NCBI GenBank assembly: GCA_029213265.1
Contig: JARGNG010000016.1
Coordinates: 39,295 to 103,294 of the forward strand
DNA from: Verrucomicrobiales bacterium
GTDB lineage: Bacteria > Verrucomicrobiota > Verrucomicrobiia > Verrucomicrobiales > DEV007
Length of the DNA: 64,000 nt
Direction of reading: 5' to 3'
Shown here: positions 1 to 10,465 of the stretch, piece by piece
Layout of the letters: the number at the start of each line of letters is the position of its first letter
Position numbering within the stretch: position 1 is the first letter of the stretch
Program-made: the position numbers and the translations under genes
The notes under the pieces: model-generated
Seen by the model: only the letters and a program-made list of their open reading frames with translations
Databases searched by the model: none
What the model was told of the DNA's origin: nothing

Positions 1-5
1 GATTC

Positions 6-29
6 GGGTCGGGACGAAAGTCCCGGCCC
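6..29. terminator. Stem-loop just beyond the stop codon of the first gene
   Basis: GGGTCGGGAC-GAAA-GTCCCGGCCC, 10-bp stem with one G-T pair; no U-tract visible on the minus strand within the window. Confidence 0.4.
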
Positions 30-30
30 T

Positions 31-1053
31 TTACTTTTTCCCGATAAACGTGTCGTAGGCCTTCGCGACTCCAGCTTCTTCGGTGTTTCCTTTGTGGAAG
101 ATCGTGCGGTATCGAAAGGTAATCGAATCTCCGTTTTTGATGGTGTAATCACCGGCGCCCTTTTCGGTGTCTTTTTCAAAATTCCCCTGGCCGAAAGGGT
201 TCGCGGTGAAGAGTCCGTAGTGACGGGCGTGCCACCAGGTCGGGTGGCGCAGATTTTCGGGGTGATCGAAGATCGCGATCCCGGCGGAATTCCCGGCCCG
301 GTCGACGCCGAAATAGTCGACCCACTTGGCGCGTTTTCCCCAGGCGGGTTTGTCCTTGTCTCCTTCACTGTTGACGATGTGTCCTTTGGCATGTTCCCCC
401 TCGAGACGAAGGGTTGGAATCGTGCGGATAGACCAGGCGCCTTCTTTGTCATCGTGAATCGTGACATCGCCGGCGTCGGCAATCAGTTTGATCATGGCGT
501 CAACGACGAGGGATCCCTCCTTTGTGTAGAAGAGCCGAAACTCGCGCTCGTCCGACATGATTCGTCGGTTGGTTCCATCCAGGGCGAGCCACTCCGATTT
601 TGTTTTGAAAAGAATATCCGTGCCGGACATCGTGACGCCCTTCATGCCCATGTGGCGGATCGAGCCGAACGTCTTGTCCTTTTTCTTCTCGTCCCCGGAA
701 AAGTGCCAGAAATCGAGCCCGTTCACATTACCCAGTCCATACCACATACCGCGGTGATGGATGTGGTCCTGCTCCTCATCCTCGAAGCCGTCTTTCATGG
801 GCCAGTGGCGGGTCATGTTTTCCCCGGTCGGTCCAATAACGGGATAGAAGAAGGGTTTCCCTTCCTCGACACCGGCGTGGTAACTGGTGACGTGCTGTTC
901 TCCGTAGAAAATCTGGATGGGATCCGATCCGCGAATGGACCAGCCGTCACCGGAATTGCCGATGATCTGTCCGGATAACGGACTTGTGGTTAAAAGCAGC
1001 AAAAGGGCGGCGGAGAAAAGAAAAGAGATCGATTTCATGGGAATGGACTTCAC
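31..1053 (-). CDS. Secreted DUF6807 ('PmoA-family') protein
   Basis: Signal peptide; KPFFYPV, DHIHHRGMW and HPENLRHPTWWHARHYGLFTANPF motifs typical of this family. Confidence 0.75.
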   Translation of the reverse strand: MKSIPMKSISFLFSAALLLLLTTSPLSGQIIGNSGDGWSIRGSDPIQIFYGEQHVTSYHAGVEEGKPFFYPVIGPTGENMTRHWPMKDGFEDEEQDHIHHRGMWYGLGNVNGLDFWHFSGDEKKKDKTFGSIRHMGMKGVTMSGTDILFKTKSEWLALDGTNRRIMSDEREFRLFYTKEGSLVVDAMIKLIADAGDVTIHDDKEGAWSIRTIPTLRLEGEHAKGHIVNSEGDKDKPAWGKRAKWVDYFGVDRAGNSAGIAIFDHPENLRHPTWWHARHYGLFTANPFGQGNFEKDTEKGAGDYTIKNGDSITFRYRTIFHKGNTEEAGVAKAYDTFIGKK

Positions 1054-1110
1054 GTAGCTGCGACTATCTCAACTCTTGCCGACAGCGGCAAGCGCCGATA
1101 CGATACGTTT

Positions 1111-2028
1111 ATGAGTCATTTTTCTCCGGTCGCGAAAGGGCGACGCCAATTTCTGAAGCTTTCCTCTGCCGGTCTCGGGCTTGCCCCCTTTCTCCGGGAG
1201 CCGGTCCAGGCCGCTTCGAATGCTCGCTTCGAATACTGCACCTTTACGAAGCCACTTCAGCACCTGAGCTATGGGGAAATGGCTGAGACCATCGCCGGCC
1301 TTGGATTTGACGGGATCGAAGGTCCGGTTCGTCCCGGTGGTCATGTCCTGCCTGAAAAGGTGGAAGAAGATCTCCCGAAGATGGTGGAGGCATTAAAAGC
1401 GAACGGTCTGAACCTGACCCTGATGACCTCCGGCATCAATGAAGTGAACGATGAGCAGCATACCGAGACGGTCCTGCGAACTGCGGCGCAGCTCGGGGTG
1501 AAGCGCTTTCGAATGGGATACTACAAATATGATCTGAAAAAGCCGATTGCCCCGCAACTCGATGAAATCCGCCCGAAATTGAAGGACCTCATCTCGTTGA
1601 CCAACGAACTCGGAATCAAGCCGGTTTATCAGAATCATTCCGGGAAAAATTACTTTGGCGGGCCGATCTGGGATCTGGCTGAAGTCTTTGATGACTACAA
1701 GCCGGAGGAAGTGGGAATCGCATTCGACATTGGCCACGCGACGGTGGAGGGAGCCAAAGCCTGGCCGCTCAACTTTGCCCGGGTGCAGCCCTACATCGAC
1801 ACGGTTTATGTGAAAGAGCCGGCCTGGCAGAACAACGAACTGAGCTGGGGCCCCGTAGGGGAGGGCGCTGTCGACAAAGCCTTCTTCGAAACTCTCAAGG
1901 CAAGCCCCTTCTCAGGTCCGGTCAGTCTTCATGTTGAGTATCTGGGCCACAAGGATCCCGAAATCGTTCCTGCGGTTCTCAAGGCAATTGAGAAAGATTT
2001 CGCGACCTTGAAATCACTTTTGTCGTAG
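1111..2028 (+). CDS. Sugar phosphate isomerase/epimerase (xylose-isomerase-like TIM barrel) with Tat signal
   Basis: RRQFLK Tat motif; GFDGIE, YQNHSG, FDIGH and SLHVEY motifs. Confidence 0.8.
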   Translation: MSHFSPVAKGRRQFLKLSSAGLGLAPFLREPVQAASNARFEYCTFTKPLQHLSYGEMAETIAGLGFDGIEGPVRPGGHVLPEKVEEDLPKMVEALKANGLNLTLMTSGINEVNDEQHTETVLRTAAQLGVKRFRMGYYKYDLKKPIAPQLDEIRPKLKDLISLTNELGIKPVYQNHSGKNYFGGPIWDLAEVFDDYKPEEVGIAFDIGHATVEGAKAWPLNFARVQPYIDTVYVKEPAWQNNELSWGPVGEGAVDKAFFETLKASPFSGPVSLHVEYLGHKDPEIVPAVLKAIEKDFATLKSLLS

Positions 2029-2037
2029 GGTGTAGCC

Positions 2038-3375
2038 ATGTTTGATACCCGGGACAAACCCCTGATGGTGGAGCGCGCCTTTCTGATCGGCGCGTACTTT
2101 GATCGCGGCGATGAGGAAGAGGCGCAAAGTCTGCTCGATGAGTTGGCCGAGCTCGTCACGACTCTCGGCATCTCGATCGTTGCGAAGAAATGTGTCTTCA
2201 TCAGGACCAGGAATAAGCGATACCTGACCGGAAGTGGAAAGGCGGAGGAACTGATCGAGGAAGCCAAGTTACTGGATTCCGACTGCATCGTTTTCGACAA
2301 CGAGATGTCACCATCGCAGCAGCGGACCTGGGAGACAGAGGGGGACATCACGGTGATTGATCGGGAGGAAGTGATTCTCGATATTTTCCGGATGCGGGCC
2401 CAGACGAAGGAGGCCCGCCTCCAGGTCGAACTCGCACGCATGCAGTATTCCCTTCCCCGTCTCGCGAGAATGTGGTCTCACCTCGACCGTCAGGGCGGAG
2501 GAGGCGGCGGCGGCGGAAAAGGCGCAGCACGGGGAGAAGGGGAGCAGCAGATTGAGGTGGACCGTCGTCTTGCCCGCAAGCGAATCGACCGGATCAAGAC
2601 CGAGTTGGAGGATGTGCGTCGCAACAGGGAGACGCAGCGAAAGCAGCGTTCCGATGAGGGGGTATGTCAGGCCTCGATTGTAGGCTACACCAATGCCGGA
2701 AAGAGTTCGCTGCTCAACGCGCTTGCCGGCTCGGAGGTGCTTGCCGAGGACAAGCTTTTCGCGACACTCGATCCGACGACCCGCCGCGTCGAGTTGCCGG
2801 ACGGGCAGCCCTTGCTGATGACCGATACAGTCGGGTTTGTTCGCAATCTTCCCCACCGTTTGGTGGAGGCGTTTAAGGCAACTTTGGAAGAAGCCATTCT
2901 CGCCGACTTCCTCGTCCACGTGCTCGATGCCAGTTCTCCGGAAGTCTTTACTTTTTTCGAGACGACCGTGTCAGTGCTGGAGGAACTGGGGGCGAATGAC
3001 AAACCCACCATTCTTGTCCTGAACAAGATGGACCTTGTCGAAGACGACGAGGAGCGAATTCAGGAGCTCAAGGCAAAGTTTACGGGCAAGGTCGTTTTTC
3101 TTTCTGTTTTCACCGGGAGAGGAATGGAGAAACTGATCGAGGAGCTCTGCGATATGATGGTGGACCGGGTTGCCCGTATGAATCTCCGGATTCCCCAGGC
3201 GCGTCAGGACCTGGTTGCCCTACTTCACCGGGACGCAAAGATTTTGTCGACAGAATACGAAGGGAACGATGTGCTGCTCACATCCATTATTCCCCACACT
3301 CTTCGGCACAAGGTGGAAGAATTCGAAGAGGGGGCGTCGCCACGGGAAGGGAAGAAGGCCGAAACGAGATTCTAG
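2038..3375 (+). CDS. hflX: GTPase HflX
   Basis: GYTNAGKSSL, LFATLDPTTRR, TDTVGF, NKMD motifs. Confidence 0.97.
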   Translation: MFDTRDKPLMVERAFLIGAYFDRGDEEEAQSLLDELAELVTTLGISIVAKKCVFIRTRNKRYLTGSGKAEELIEEAKLLDSDCIVFDNEMSPSQQRTWETEGDITVIDREEVILDIFRMRAQTKEARLQVELARMQYSLPRLARMWSHLDRQGGGGGGGGKGAARGEGEQQIEVDRRLARKRIDRIKTELEDVRRNRETQRKQRSDEGVCQASIVGYTNAGKSSLLNALAGSEVLAEDKLFATLDPTTRRVELPDGQPLLMTDTVGFVRNLPHRLVEAFKATLEEAILADFLVHVLDASSPEVFTFFETTVSVLEELGANDKPTILVLNKMDLVEDDEERIQELKAKFTGKVVFLSVFTGRGMEKLIEELCDMMVDRVARMNLRIPQARQDLVALLHRDAKILSTEYEGNDVLLTSIIPHTLRHKVEEFEEGASPREGKKAETRF

Positions 3376-5030
3376 ACGGCCTCTTCGGAACGGTGCAGTT
3401 GAGGCGGCGCAAATTGAACCGGTCCCAGAGGAACGACTGAGATGTTCGGCTCGGAAGCTTTCGAGAGAGGGCTCTGAAATTCCTGACTCAGAACCACACC
3501 GGACAAATTGGCATGGCAGGATTCCACGGCCTGCTTCATTTTGCGAAGATGTGAAACCTTGTGGGTGTGGTAGGACGTTACGAGAACGACATGGTCGGCG
3601 AATGCTGAAATGGCGCCTGCGTCGGAGAACTGATGGATCGAAGGGGCCGTCACGAGAACGTAATCAAACCTTCCTTTCATTTCCCAGAAGAGATCATCCA
3701 TCCTCTTCCCGTTGACGAGCGCACTGGGATCTCTCGGGAGAGGGCCGCTCGGCATGAGCCAGAGATTTTTCACCCGGGTTTTGACGACGGTCTCTTCAAT
3801 TCTCATCTCGCCACTGAGAAAATCAGCGAGTCCCGGATGCCTCGCGGCTTCAAAATGAAGATGCAACCTGGGATCACGGAAGTTACCATCGATGACGAGA
3901 ATGTTGTGACCGGAGTCGGCAATCACCGCGGCCGTTTGCGCAACGACTTCGTCGCAATGGGACTCGTCGCCGCTGGGTAAAAACAAGAGTACTGCTGAGT
4001 CGGCCGCAGGAAGTCGATGGAGTTTGTTTCGCAGGTCGCGATAGGGTTCGATCCATTCCTCTTTTGCACTGTTCGTCCTCAGAAGAGGAAAACCGACAGG
4101 AGCAAAGGCCATGAGTTGCAGGTCGAGTTGACTGGAGAGATCCGAGGCGATTTCAATGGGAGATTTTCCGATCGAAATCAACAGCGTCGTTGCGCAGCCA
4201 ATCAGCAAACCGAAGGCACCATAGAGAAGCATGCGCAGAGCGCGCGGATCGAGTTGGGTTGCATTCTCGGGAACGGAGAGTTTTAGAATCGAAGTTCCGC
4301 TTGAGACATTTTGCAGGTCGACGAGGGCGAGTTGATGCCTTGCCTCAAGCGAGCGTATCAGATGGGTCTCACTGACCAGCCGACTCCTCAGATCCTGGAC
4401 TTCCCCACCTTCGGAGGAGGGCGCCGGGTTCGTGGTTTCGCTCAACTCAACGAGGCGCTGTTCAATGTCGCGCTTATTTTCCCGACGAAGGCGAAGTTCC
4501 GCTTCGAGATTCCGGACTTTCTGTTCCTCCATGGAACGAACTCTCTTCTCCTCCATGGAATGAAAGGACTCGGCGACCGCGTTGGCGAGGGAAGAGGAAC
4601 CCTCCGATGTGATATCTTTCGCCCGGATCGTGATCATTCCGGAATTCGGATCCGGATGTATCTCGAGTTGATTGCGGAGGAGGTGCAAAGTCTCGGCGCG
4701 GCTCGATTGGTGCCAGCGGTTCATCAGGTCGCAAGCTCCCACGACTTCGAGAAGTAGCTTTCCGCTTTTCATGGAGGATTCAGCCCGATGAATTGCGCTG
4801 AGAGCGGTAGGGCGGACTTCGGAGGAGGAGCGAAGGACAGGGGATGGATTCGCCACGCTTGAAACCACGACTTCCGATGTCGATTCGTAGACACCGGGCT
4901 TCTTCCAGGTCATCCAGGCCCCGACCAGAAAAACCAAAGAACCAATCAACAATGCAATCGGCCATCTCGATCGGAGCGTGATTTTGACATCACCCCAACC
5001 ATACTCAGCCGTATTTTGATTGGATATCAT
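3372..5030 (-). CDS. Wzc/CapB-like polysaccharide co-polymerase with degenerate BY-kinase domain
   Basis: Two TM segments flank a coiled-coil region; EPYRDLRNKL, LVIDGNFRDP and GLADFLSG resemble BY-kinase; start placed at ATG 5030. Confidence 0.75.
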   Translation of the reverse strand: MISNQNTAEYGWGDVKITLRSRWPIALLIGSLVFLVGAWMTWKKPGVYESTSEVVVSSVANPSPVLRSSSEVRPTALSAIHRAESSMKSGKLLLEVVGACDLMNRWHQSSRAETLHLLRNQLEIHPDPNSGMITIRAKDITSEGSSSLANAVAESFHSMEEKRVRSMEEQKVRNLEAELRLRRENKRDIEQRLVELSETTNPAPSSEGGEVQDLRSRLVSETHLIRSLEARHQLALVDLQNVSSGTSILKLSVPENATQLDPRALRMLLYGAFGLLIGCATTLLISIGKSPIEIASDLSSQLDLQLMAFAPVGFPLLRTNSAKEEWIEPYRDLRNKLHRLPAADSAVLLFLPSGDESHCDEVVAQTAAVIADSGHNILVIDGNFRDPRLHLHFEAARHPGLADFLSGEMRIEETVVKTRVKNLWLMPSGPLPRDPSALVNGKRMDDLFWEMKGRFDYVLVTAPSIHQFSDAGAISAFADHVVLVTSYHTHKVSHLRKMKQAVESCHANLSGVVLSQEFQSPLSKASEPNISVVPLGPVQFAPPQLHRSEEAV

Positions 5031-5136
5031 AGAAATCAGAATATCTGGATATTTAAGATATACAAACAAATAATCCGATTTTATGCGAATTTCCAAACCT
5101 CGGGAAATCACCCCTATGCAGACCCTTCAACCGCTC

Positions 5137-7110
5137 TCAGTTCATTCCTTCGAGCTCCGCGATCTCTTTTCGGAACCCGCTGCTCAAAATCGGGAAGCGA
5201 CACCATGTTTTCGGATCGAGGTTCTTGTCGTCGACATGAAACCCGGGCGCATAGCGTTCGCGCTTCCATTGATTCCGGCTCCAGAGGCGGAAGAATTTGA
5301 TCACCCAGAGTTTGAGCTGCTCACGATCGTAGCTGTCATGGGATTCGCACATCCGCTCCCAAACTTCGGCAGGAAGCTTCTTATCCCGAATCGCCAGTTT
5401 CTCGATCGCGTCGAGCACAGGATAGGGCATCAGGTCTGACTCGTCTGTTTGCTTGTCCTCGCTGGGGCGAAGTTCCGCAGTCGGAGCCTGGACGTTGATG
5501 ACGCTCAAGGCAGAGATGGGAGGAATGTCAGGTTTACAACCGGTCGTTTCGAGCCATCTCAGCCATTCCCGGAGAAACGCTTTATCAATTCCGGAAATCG
5601 GGCAGAGGCCACCGCTGGTGTCTCCGTCCATTGTCGCGTAGCCAACCGCGGCTTCGGAGCGATTGCTTGTTGAGAGGAGTAATGCGTTTTTGATGTTGGT
5701 GAGCATCCAGATTCCGGGGGAGCGAACTCGGGCCTGAATGTTTTGCAGAGCAATGTCGTCGCTTTCCCATGCCAGGTCGCGTCCGATCCCTTTCTCGATC
5801 ATGGCACGATATCCCTGGACCAGTTCATCGACGTCCCATTCCTGATATTCAGCCCCGATCGCCTTCGCGACCGTCTCAGCGGCGTTGCGTGTCGTCTCCG
5901 AGCTGTTCCTCGTTGCTTGATAGACACAGGTCAGAAGACGCTCCGTAATGTCCTGTTCTCCGAAAGAGATATGTCCCAGTTTTTTACGAAAAGCTTTCTC
6001 ACCGAGGTCTTCGATGCCAAGATCGATCATCAGTCGTACGAGAACGGCCGTGGCAGCGGAATCGGCGCCTCCACTCAGGGAAACCACAAAACCTCCCGAG
6101 TAGCTCTTGCGAAGGTAGTCGAAAAGACCCAGGGCAATGACGCGGGAAAATTCCTCTTCCTTCGTTTCTTCGCCGATCGCAGCTTCGCTTCTACCGGTTT
6201 GTACGGGTCCGTTCCATTCGGGAGTGTATTCGACATGGATGGTCAATCCGTCGGGCTCACCCACGATGGGTCGATGGCTCACTTGCCGGGCCTGGTGCAG
6301 CCGGGTCAAATTGAGGTCGATCGTAGCTGCCGTAAGAACGTGGTCGTGATAGGAAAATCTCCGTCCCTCTGCAAGGTAGTCTCCCCCGCAGGCGATCACC
6401 GTTCCACCATCGTAGATGATTCGCCCCGCTTCGTTGCCGAGTAGATTGGCATACACATAGCCACAGGCAAAAGCCCGTGATCCTTCCAGAACAAACCGCT
6501 CGCGAACGCTTTGTTTTCCGAAGGCGAAATGGCTCGCGCTGGGATTGAAAATCAAATCGACTCCCCGGCGGGCGAGTCGGGTTCCGGGGCGATCGGCGAC
6601 CCAGGCATCCTCGCAGACTTCAAAACCGAGCCGGACTCCCCCGATCGAAAAAACCAAATCCCCCAGTGGGAGCTTTTTCCCGGAGATGTCGATCTCCTCC
6701 ACCTGGCCTACCGGCCATGGTTTGAACCAGCGGGGCTCGTAGTGCAGTCCGTCTCCGGCCAGGTTCTGTTTCGCGACAAAGCCGACAATCTCCTTGTCCA
6801 CGATCAGGGCGACCGCATTGTAAACGGAACTTTCAAACCAGAGGGGAAGTCCGACCGCGACGACAATGCCTTTGCATTCCATCGCCAGTTCTTTGAGGGC
6901 GGTAACAGCGCGCTCGCCCACTTCAGGCGCCAGGAACATGTCTTCGCATCCATATCCGGTCAGAGAAAGTTCCGGGAGGCAGAGAAAGCCCACGCCTTCT
7001 TCCCGGGCTTCCTCGATTGCCGCTACGGCACGACGGAAGTTTCCCTCCCAGTCGAGAGGGATCTGGTTCAGACAGGCTGCTCCGGCGACAACACGATTCA
7101 TAGGAGACAA
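5137..7110 (-). CDS. nadE: Glutamine-dependent NAD+ synthetase
   Basis: N-terminal nitrilase domain (LPELSLTGY, EVCED) plus SGGADS and NIQARVR synthetase motifs. Confidence 0.95.
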   Translation of the reverse strand: MSPMNRVVAGAACLNQIPLDWEGNFRRAVAAIEEAREEGVGFLCLPELSLTGYGCEDMFLAPEVGERAVTALKELAMECKGIVVAVGLPLWFESSVYNAVALIVDKEIVGFVAKQNLAGDGLHYEPRWFKPWPVGQVEEIDISGKKLPLGDLVFSIGGVRLGFEVCEDAWVADRPGTRLARRGVDLIFNPSASHFAFGKQSVRERFVLEGSRAFACGYVYANLLGNEAGRIIYDGGTVIACGGDYLAEGRRFSYHDHVLTAATIDLNLTRLHQARQVSHRPIVGEPDGLTIHVEYTPEWNGPVQTGRSEAAIGEETKEEEFSRVIALGLFDYLRKSYSGGFVVSLSGGADSAATAVLVRLMIDLGIEDLGEKAFRKKLGHISFGEQDITERLLTCVYQATRNSSETTRNAAETVAKAIGAEYQEWDVDELVQGYRAMIEKGIGRDLAWESDDIALQNIQARVRSPGIWMLTNIKNALLLSTSNRSEAAVGYATMDGDTSGGLCPISGIDKAFLREWLRWLETTGCKPDIPPISALSVINVQAPTAELRPSEDKQTDESDLMPYPVLDAIEKLAIRDKKLPAEVWERMCESHDSYDREQLKLWVIKFFRLWSRNQWKRERYAPGFHVDDKNLDPKTWCRFPILSSGFRKEIAELEGMN

Positions 7111-7165
7111 TACGTCAGCCCGACAGATTTAAAACTAATTCGGATGAGAACTGCGACCGATCAAT

Positions 7166-8737
7166 TCAGTGCGGGTACTGTCTCGGGTAGGGGAACAGAA
7201 ACAGCGGATGGCCGTTTCTCGTGCCCCGGCGCTCATAGAAAATCAATCCGGACAGGATCGAGCCGATGAGCCCGTTTCCTGCAGGTTCGGCGATCGGCTC
7301 ATTGTCATCGTCGAGTAGCTTTGTGGCGAGCTTTTCGAGGTTGGAGTTTTCAGCGAGCCATTCCTTCCCTGCTTCGGTCGACCAGTAGGAGTGGTCTCTG
7401 CAAAGATGAGAGGGAATTGAATTGAGGATTTCCGTGAAGTTTTGCCTCGCATCGGGATAGCCTGGTGCGCGTGCATCCAACTGCCGATAGTTTGCCTTTT
7501 GTCGCCAATTTCCCGTGAAGTAGAGGCGTCCCTGCTCCTTCCCGAGAAACTCGGAGCGGGCTTCAAGAAGATGCGTTTTTGTCCGGAGAACCTGCGCTGG
7601 TCCGGCGTAGCTATAGATCCAGTCCCGATGGCTATCCGTCTTCTCCGTGAGAAACGGCACGAGACTCTTTCCATCCATCTCGGGCTGTGCTTCGGGACGA
7701 ATTCCCCCGATTTCAAGCAGGGTGGGGGCGATGTCAGAATAGTCAGTCAGTTCCAGGGTCTTTCCGCGAGCCGCAACTCCGGGGCCTGACAGGACAAAAG
7801 GAACGCGGACGCCACTCTCGATTCCGCGGTTCTTCGCGATTCTGGCTGTTCCATTGTCAGATCCGAAGATGAACCAAGTGTTTTCATAGATACCGAGATC
7901 CTTTGTTTTCTCGACCATTCTTCCGACAAGTAAATCGAGGTATTCCACCATTTCGCGAAAGCGAACTTCGTCAGACGTGTTTTCACCTGAGTTCGGAGTT
8001 CTGGCGATCGGACCGTGGACAAGCACGGTCGGCCAGTAGGCGACGAAAGGAGTGTTCTCCTTCGTTTTCCGATCCATGAAATCGAGGAGGAAGTCACATC
8101 GGGCGTCGGGTCCATAGACATCCGGCCCTGTTCCGTAGTATTCGCCGTTTCGGATCATAGGCGAATTCCAGTAGCGGTCTTCTCCCGCGTCTTTGTTGCG
8201 GAGTCCGGCGGCAACCGGATCGGTGCCGAGAATCGTTTTGATTCTCCCCGTGTTTTCCCAAAGACAGTATTCATCAAATCCTACCTCTCGCGACCAGGGA
8301 TTGCTGCGATTGCAATGCCATTTTCCGGCAATCGCGGTGGCATAACCGGCTTCTCCGAGAAGTTTGGCCCAACTCGTGTGTCGCTGAAAAAGCACCCTTC
8401 GGGACTCAAATGCCCAGATCTTATTGGAGAACGCTCCCGTCGTGTTCGCGTAGGTTCCTGTCATCAACAGCGCTCGCGAAGGACCGCACGACGCGGGCGC
8501 AAAGCAGGTTTCAAATTGGACTCCGGTCTTCGCAATTCGGTCAATATGGGGAGTAGGGACAGCGCCATTCTCTCCGTAGCACGAGAACGAACCGGGACTG
8601 ATGTCATCAGCCAGAATAAAAATAATATTCGGCTTTTTTGGAGGGGTCGGCGCTCGTTCGAGACCCCGGGAAAGCGTCGGGGCGAGGCAGAGTAAAGGGA
8701 GGAGGGTGCGGAAGCTCCGGGAAAGAAAAGTTCTCAT
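7166..8737 (-). CDS. Sulfatase (formylglycine-dependent)
   Basis: PNIIFILADD, CGPSRALLMTG (CxPxR), GKWH, SDNG; signal peptide. Confidence 0.9.
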   Translation of the reverse strand: MRTFLSRSFRTLLPLLCLAPTLSRGLERAPTPPKKPNIIFILADDISPGSFSCYGENGAVPTPHIDRIAKTGVQFETCFAPASCGPSRALLMTGTYANTTGAFSNKIWAFESRRVLFQRHTSWAKLLGEAGYATAIAGKWHCNRSNPWSREVGFDEYCLWENTGRIKTILGTDPVAAGLRNKDAGEDRYWNSPMIRNGEYYGTGPDVYGPDARCDFLLDFMDRKTKENTPFVAYWPTVLVHGPIARTPNSGENTSDEVRFREMVEYLDLLVGRMVEKTKDLGIYENTWFIFGSDNGTARIAKNRGIESGVRVPFVLSGPGVAARGKTLELTDYSDIAPTLLEIGGIRPEAQPEMDGKSLVPFLTEKTDSHRDWIYSYAGPAQVLRTKTHLLEARSEFLGKEQGRLYFTGNWRQKANYRQLDARAPGYPDARQNFTEILNSIPSHLCRDHSYWSTEAGKEWLAENSNLEKLATKLLDDDNEPIAEPAGNGLIGSILSGLIFYERRGTRNGHPLFLFPYPRQYPH

Positions 8738-8896
8738 ATTACGGCCAACTAGATATTTAATATAACTTAAATATATAAAGTATCAAAATTATATCAATCC
8801 TTCCTATTTTAAAACTTTTCCCCGGGAGGCGGAGTGGCTCTGGCGAAAATGGTGTCCTCTGGTTGCTGTTCTGTCCGGCGCGGTTTACTCATCCCC

Positions 8897-9937
8897 ATGG
8901 CTGACCTCTACCCGCTTGTGCGAAAGATTCTGTTTTCCCTCGATGCAGAAACGGCTCATCACGCCACTCTTACCGGGATGAAAGTGGCCGATGGGCTGGG
9001 CGTTCTTGGCTGCCTGACCGGACGGTGTAAGTCAGGCTACGACTCCGAATCTGCGGTCGAGGTGATGGGGTTGACCTTTCCGAACCGGGTCGGTCTTGCT
9101 GCAGGGCTGGATAAGAAAGGGGAAGCCGTTTCTGCGTTTGGAAGCCTCGGATTCGGCCACGTTGAAATCGGAACGGTCACTCCGCGTCCGCAACCGGGAA
9201 ATGAAAAGCCGCGTCTATTTCGCCTGAAGCAGCACGAGGCCATTATCAACCGAATGGGATTCAACAATCCCGGAATCGAAGGGATGCTGGAAAACCTGAC
9301 TCGATCCCGAAAGGGGTTTTCTGGTGTTCTGGGAATCAATATCGGAAAAAATTTCGATACACCGAATGAGGATTTTCTCGACGACTACCTGGCCTGTTTC
9401 GAGGGCGTCTACGGGCAGGCCGACTACATCACGGCGAACTTGTCTTCTCCCAATACGAAGGGGCTTCGGGACCTGCAAAGCGCCGACACTTGCTGCACCT
9501 TGATCGAGCGATTGCAGGAGAAGCGGGCGGAAATCCAGGACAGTCATGGAGGAAAAAAGGTCCCGATCGTCATCAAGATTGCCCCCGATCTTGCGGACGA
9601 TGCCATCAAAGCTCTCGCTGCAGTCTTCAGTGAAACCGGTGTCGATGGAGTGATCACAACCAACACAACGATCGAACGGGACGCTGTCGCCGGTCATCCA
9701 CGGGCCGAAGAGGCCGGTGGATTGAGTGGTGCTCCCTTGACGGAACACTCGACGCAGATCCTCGCTTTGTTGCGGTCTGAAATGGAGGATTCTATCCCGA
9801 TTATCGGATCGGGCGGGGTGATGTCTGCCGCTGATGCCAGGGCGAAGTTCGATGCCGGGGCTGCGCTGGTGCAAGTCTACACCGGACTGGTTTACCACGG
9901 ACCCGCGCTGGTTCGGGAAATTGCGGAGATGGATTGA
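8897..9937 (+). CDS. pyrD: Dihydroorotate dehydrogenase (quinone, class 2)
   Basis: GLAAGLDK, EIGTVTPRPQPGN, INRMGFNN, NLSSPNT, GGLSG. Confidence 0.96.
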   Translation: MADLYPLVRKILFSLDAETAHHATLTGMKVADGLGVLGCLTGRCKSGYDSESAVEVMGLTFPNRVGLAAGLDKKGEAVSAFGSLGFGHVEIGTVTPRPQPGNEKPRLFRLKQHEAIINRMGFNNPGIEGMLENLTRSRKGFSGVLGINIGKNFDTPNEDFLDDYLACFEGVYGQADYITANLSSPNTKGLRDLQSADTCCTLIERLQEKRAEIQDSHGGKKVPIVIKIAPDLADDAIKALAAVFSETGVDGVITTNTTIERDAVAGHPRAEEAGGLSGAPLTEHSTQILALLRSEMEDSIPIIGSGGVMSAADARAKFDAGAALVQVYTGLVYHGPALVREIAEMD

Positions 9938-9945
9938 GCAAAGCG

Positions 9946-9969
9946 GTTTCGACGTACGTCGGTCGAAAC
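9946..9969. terminator. Hairpin between convergent genes
   Basis: GTTTCGAC-N8-GTCGAAAC immediately after the pyrD stop. Confidence 0.35.
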
Positions 9970-10029
9970 AGACCATCACTGAACGCCCTGTGAAGATTCC
10001 TTTCGTAAAAGGAGAGAGGAATCAAGTTC

Positions 10030-10446
10030 TCAATACGGATCTTCGACAAAGGATTTCAACTCCATCCGAAGAAGCTCGGGAGAACTGTCTTTCGAGACCG
10101 TCATGACCCGGTTTTGGGAGTAGAGAAGAAAGGAAACTCCGTCTTCGAGTACTGTGTCGACCACGTGCATTCTCGACATCCGGTTCAGAATTGAATGGGC
10201 GAAGAATAGTTGATCGCCATCGAGTCGTATCACTTTGGAAACGACGAGTTTGTAAAGAGGCAGGAACAATTGCCAACTCGCGAGAACGAGAAAGGCTGCG
10301 GTTTGGAGCGCCGATTGATCGCCGACTGGAAATCTTCCGCGAAACGAAAGGTAGAGGCAGTGGACTCCCAGGATCGAGACGATGGATACCCAAATCAGGT
10401 AGCTTCGTCTTTCCCTCCCTTCCACCCGGAGAGAAAATTCCTTCAC
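10030..10446 (-). CDS. Hypothetical small membrane protein
   Basis: Two hydrophobic segments; fills the gap downstream of accD; GTG start assumed. Confidence 0.4.
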   Translation of the reverse strand: MKEFSLRVEGRERRSYLIWVSIVSILGVHCLYLSFRGRFPVGDQSALQTAAFLVLASWQLFLPLYKLVVSKVIRLDGDQLFFAHSILNRMSRMHVVDTVLEDGVSFLLYSQNRVMTVSKDSSPELLRMELKSFVEDPY

Positions 10447-10465
10447 GCCTTCCTCTCTCGAAACT

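Noticed and set aside
31-1053. 'PmoA' family label suggesting methane monooxygenase
   Set aside because: Soluble secreted DUF6807-type protein; not multi-TM and no pmoCB neighbours.
2494-2517. Eight-glycine run in HflX
   Set aside because: Expansion of the normally Gly-rich loop; in frame with mixed codons, no sign of phase variation.
8753-8774. ATATTTAA-N6-TTAAATAT inverted repeat between divergent sulfatase and pyrD
   Set aside because: Likely by chance in a very AT-rich promoter region; no second copy found.
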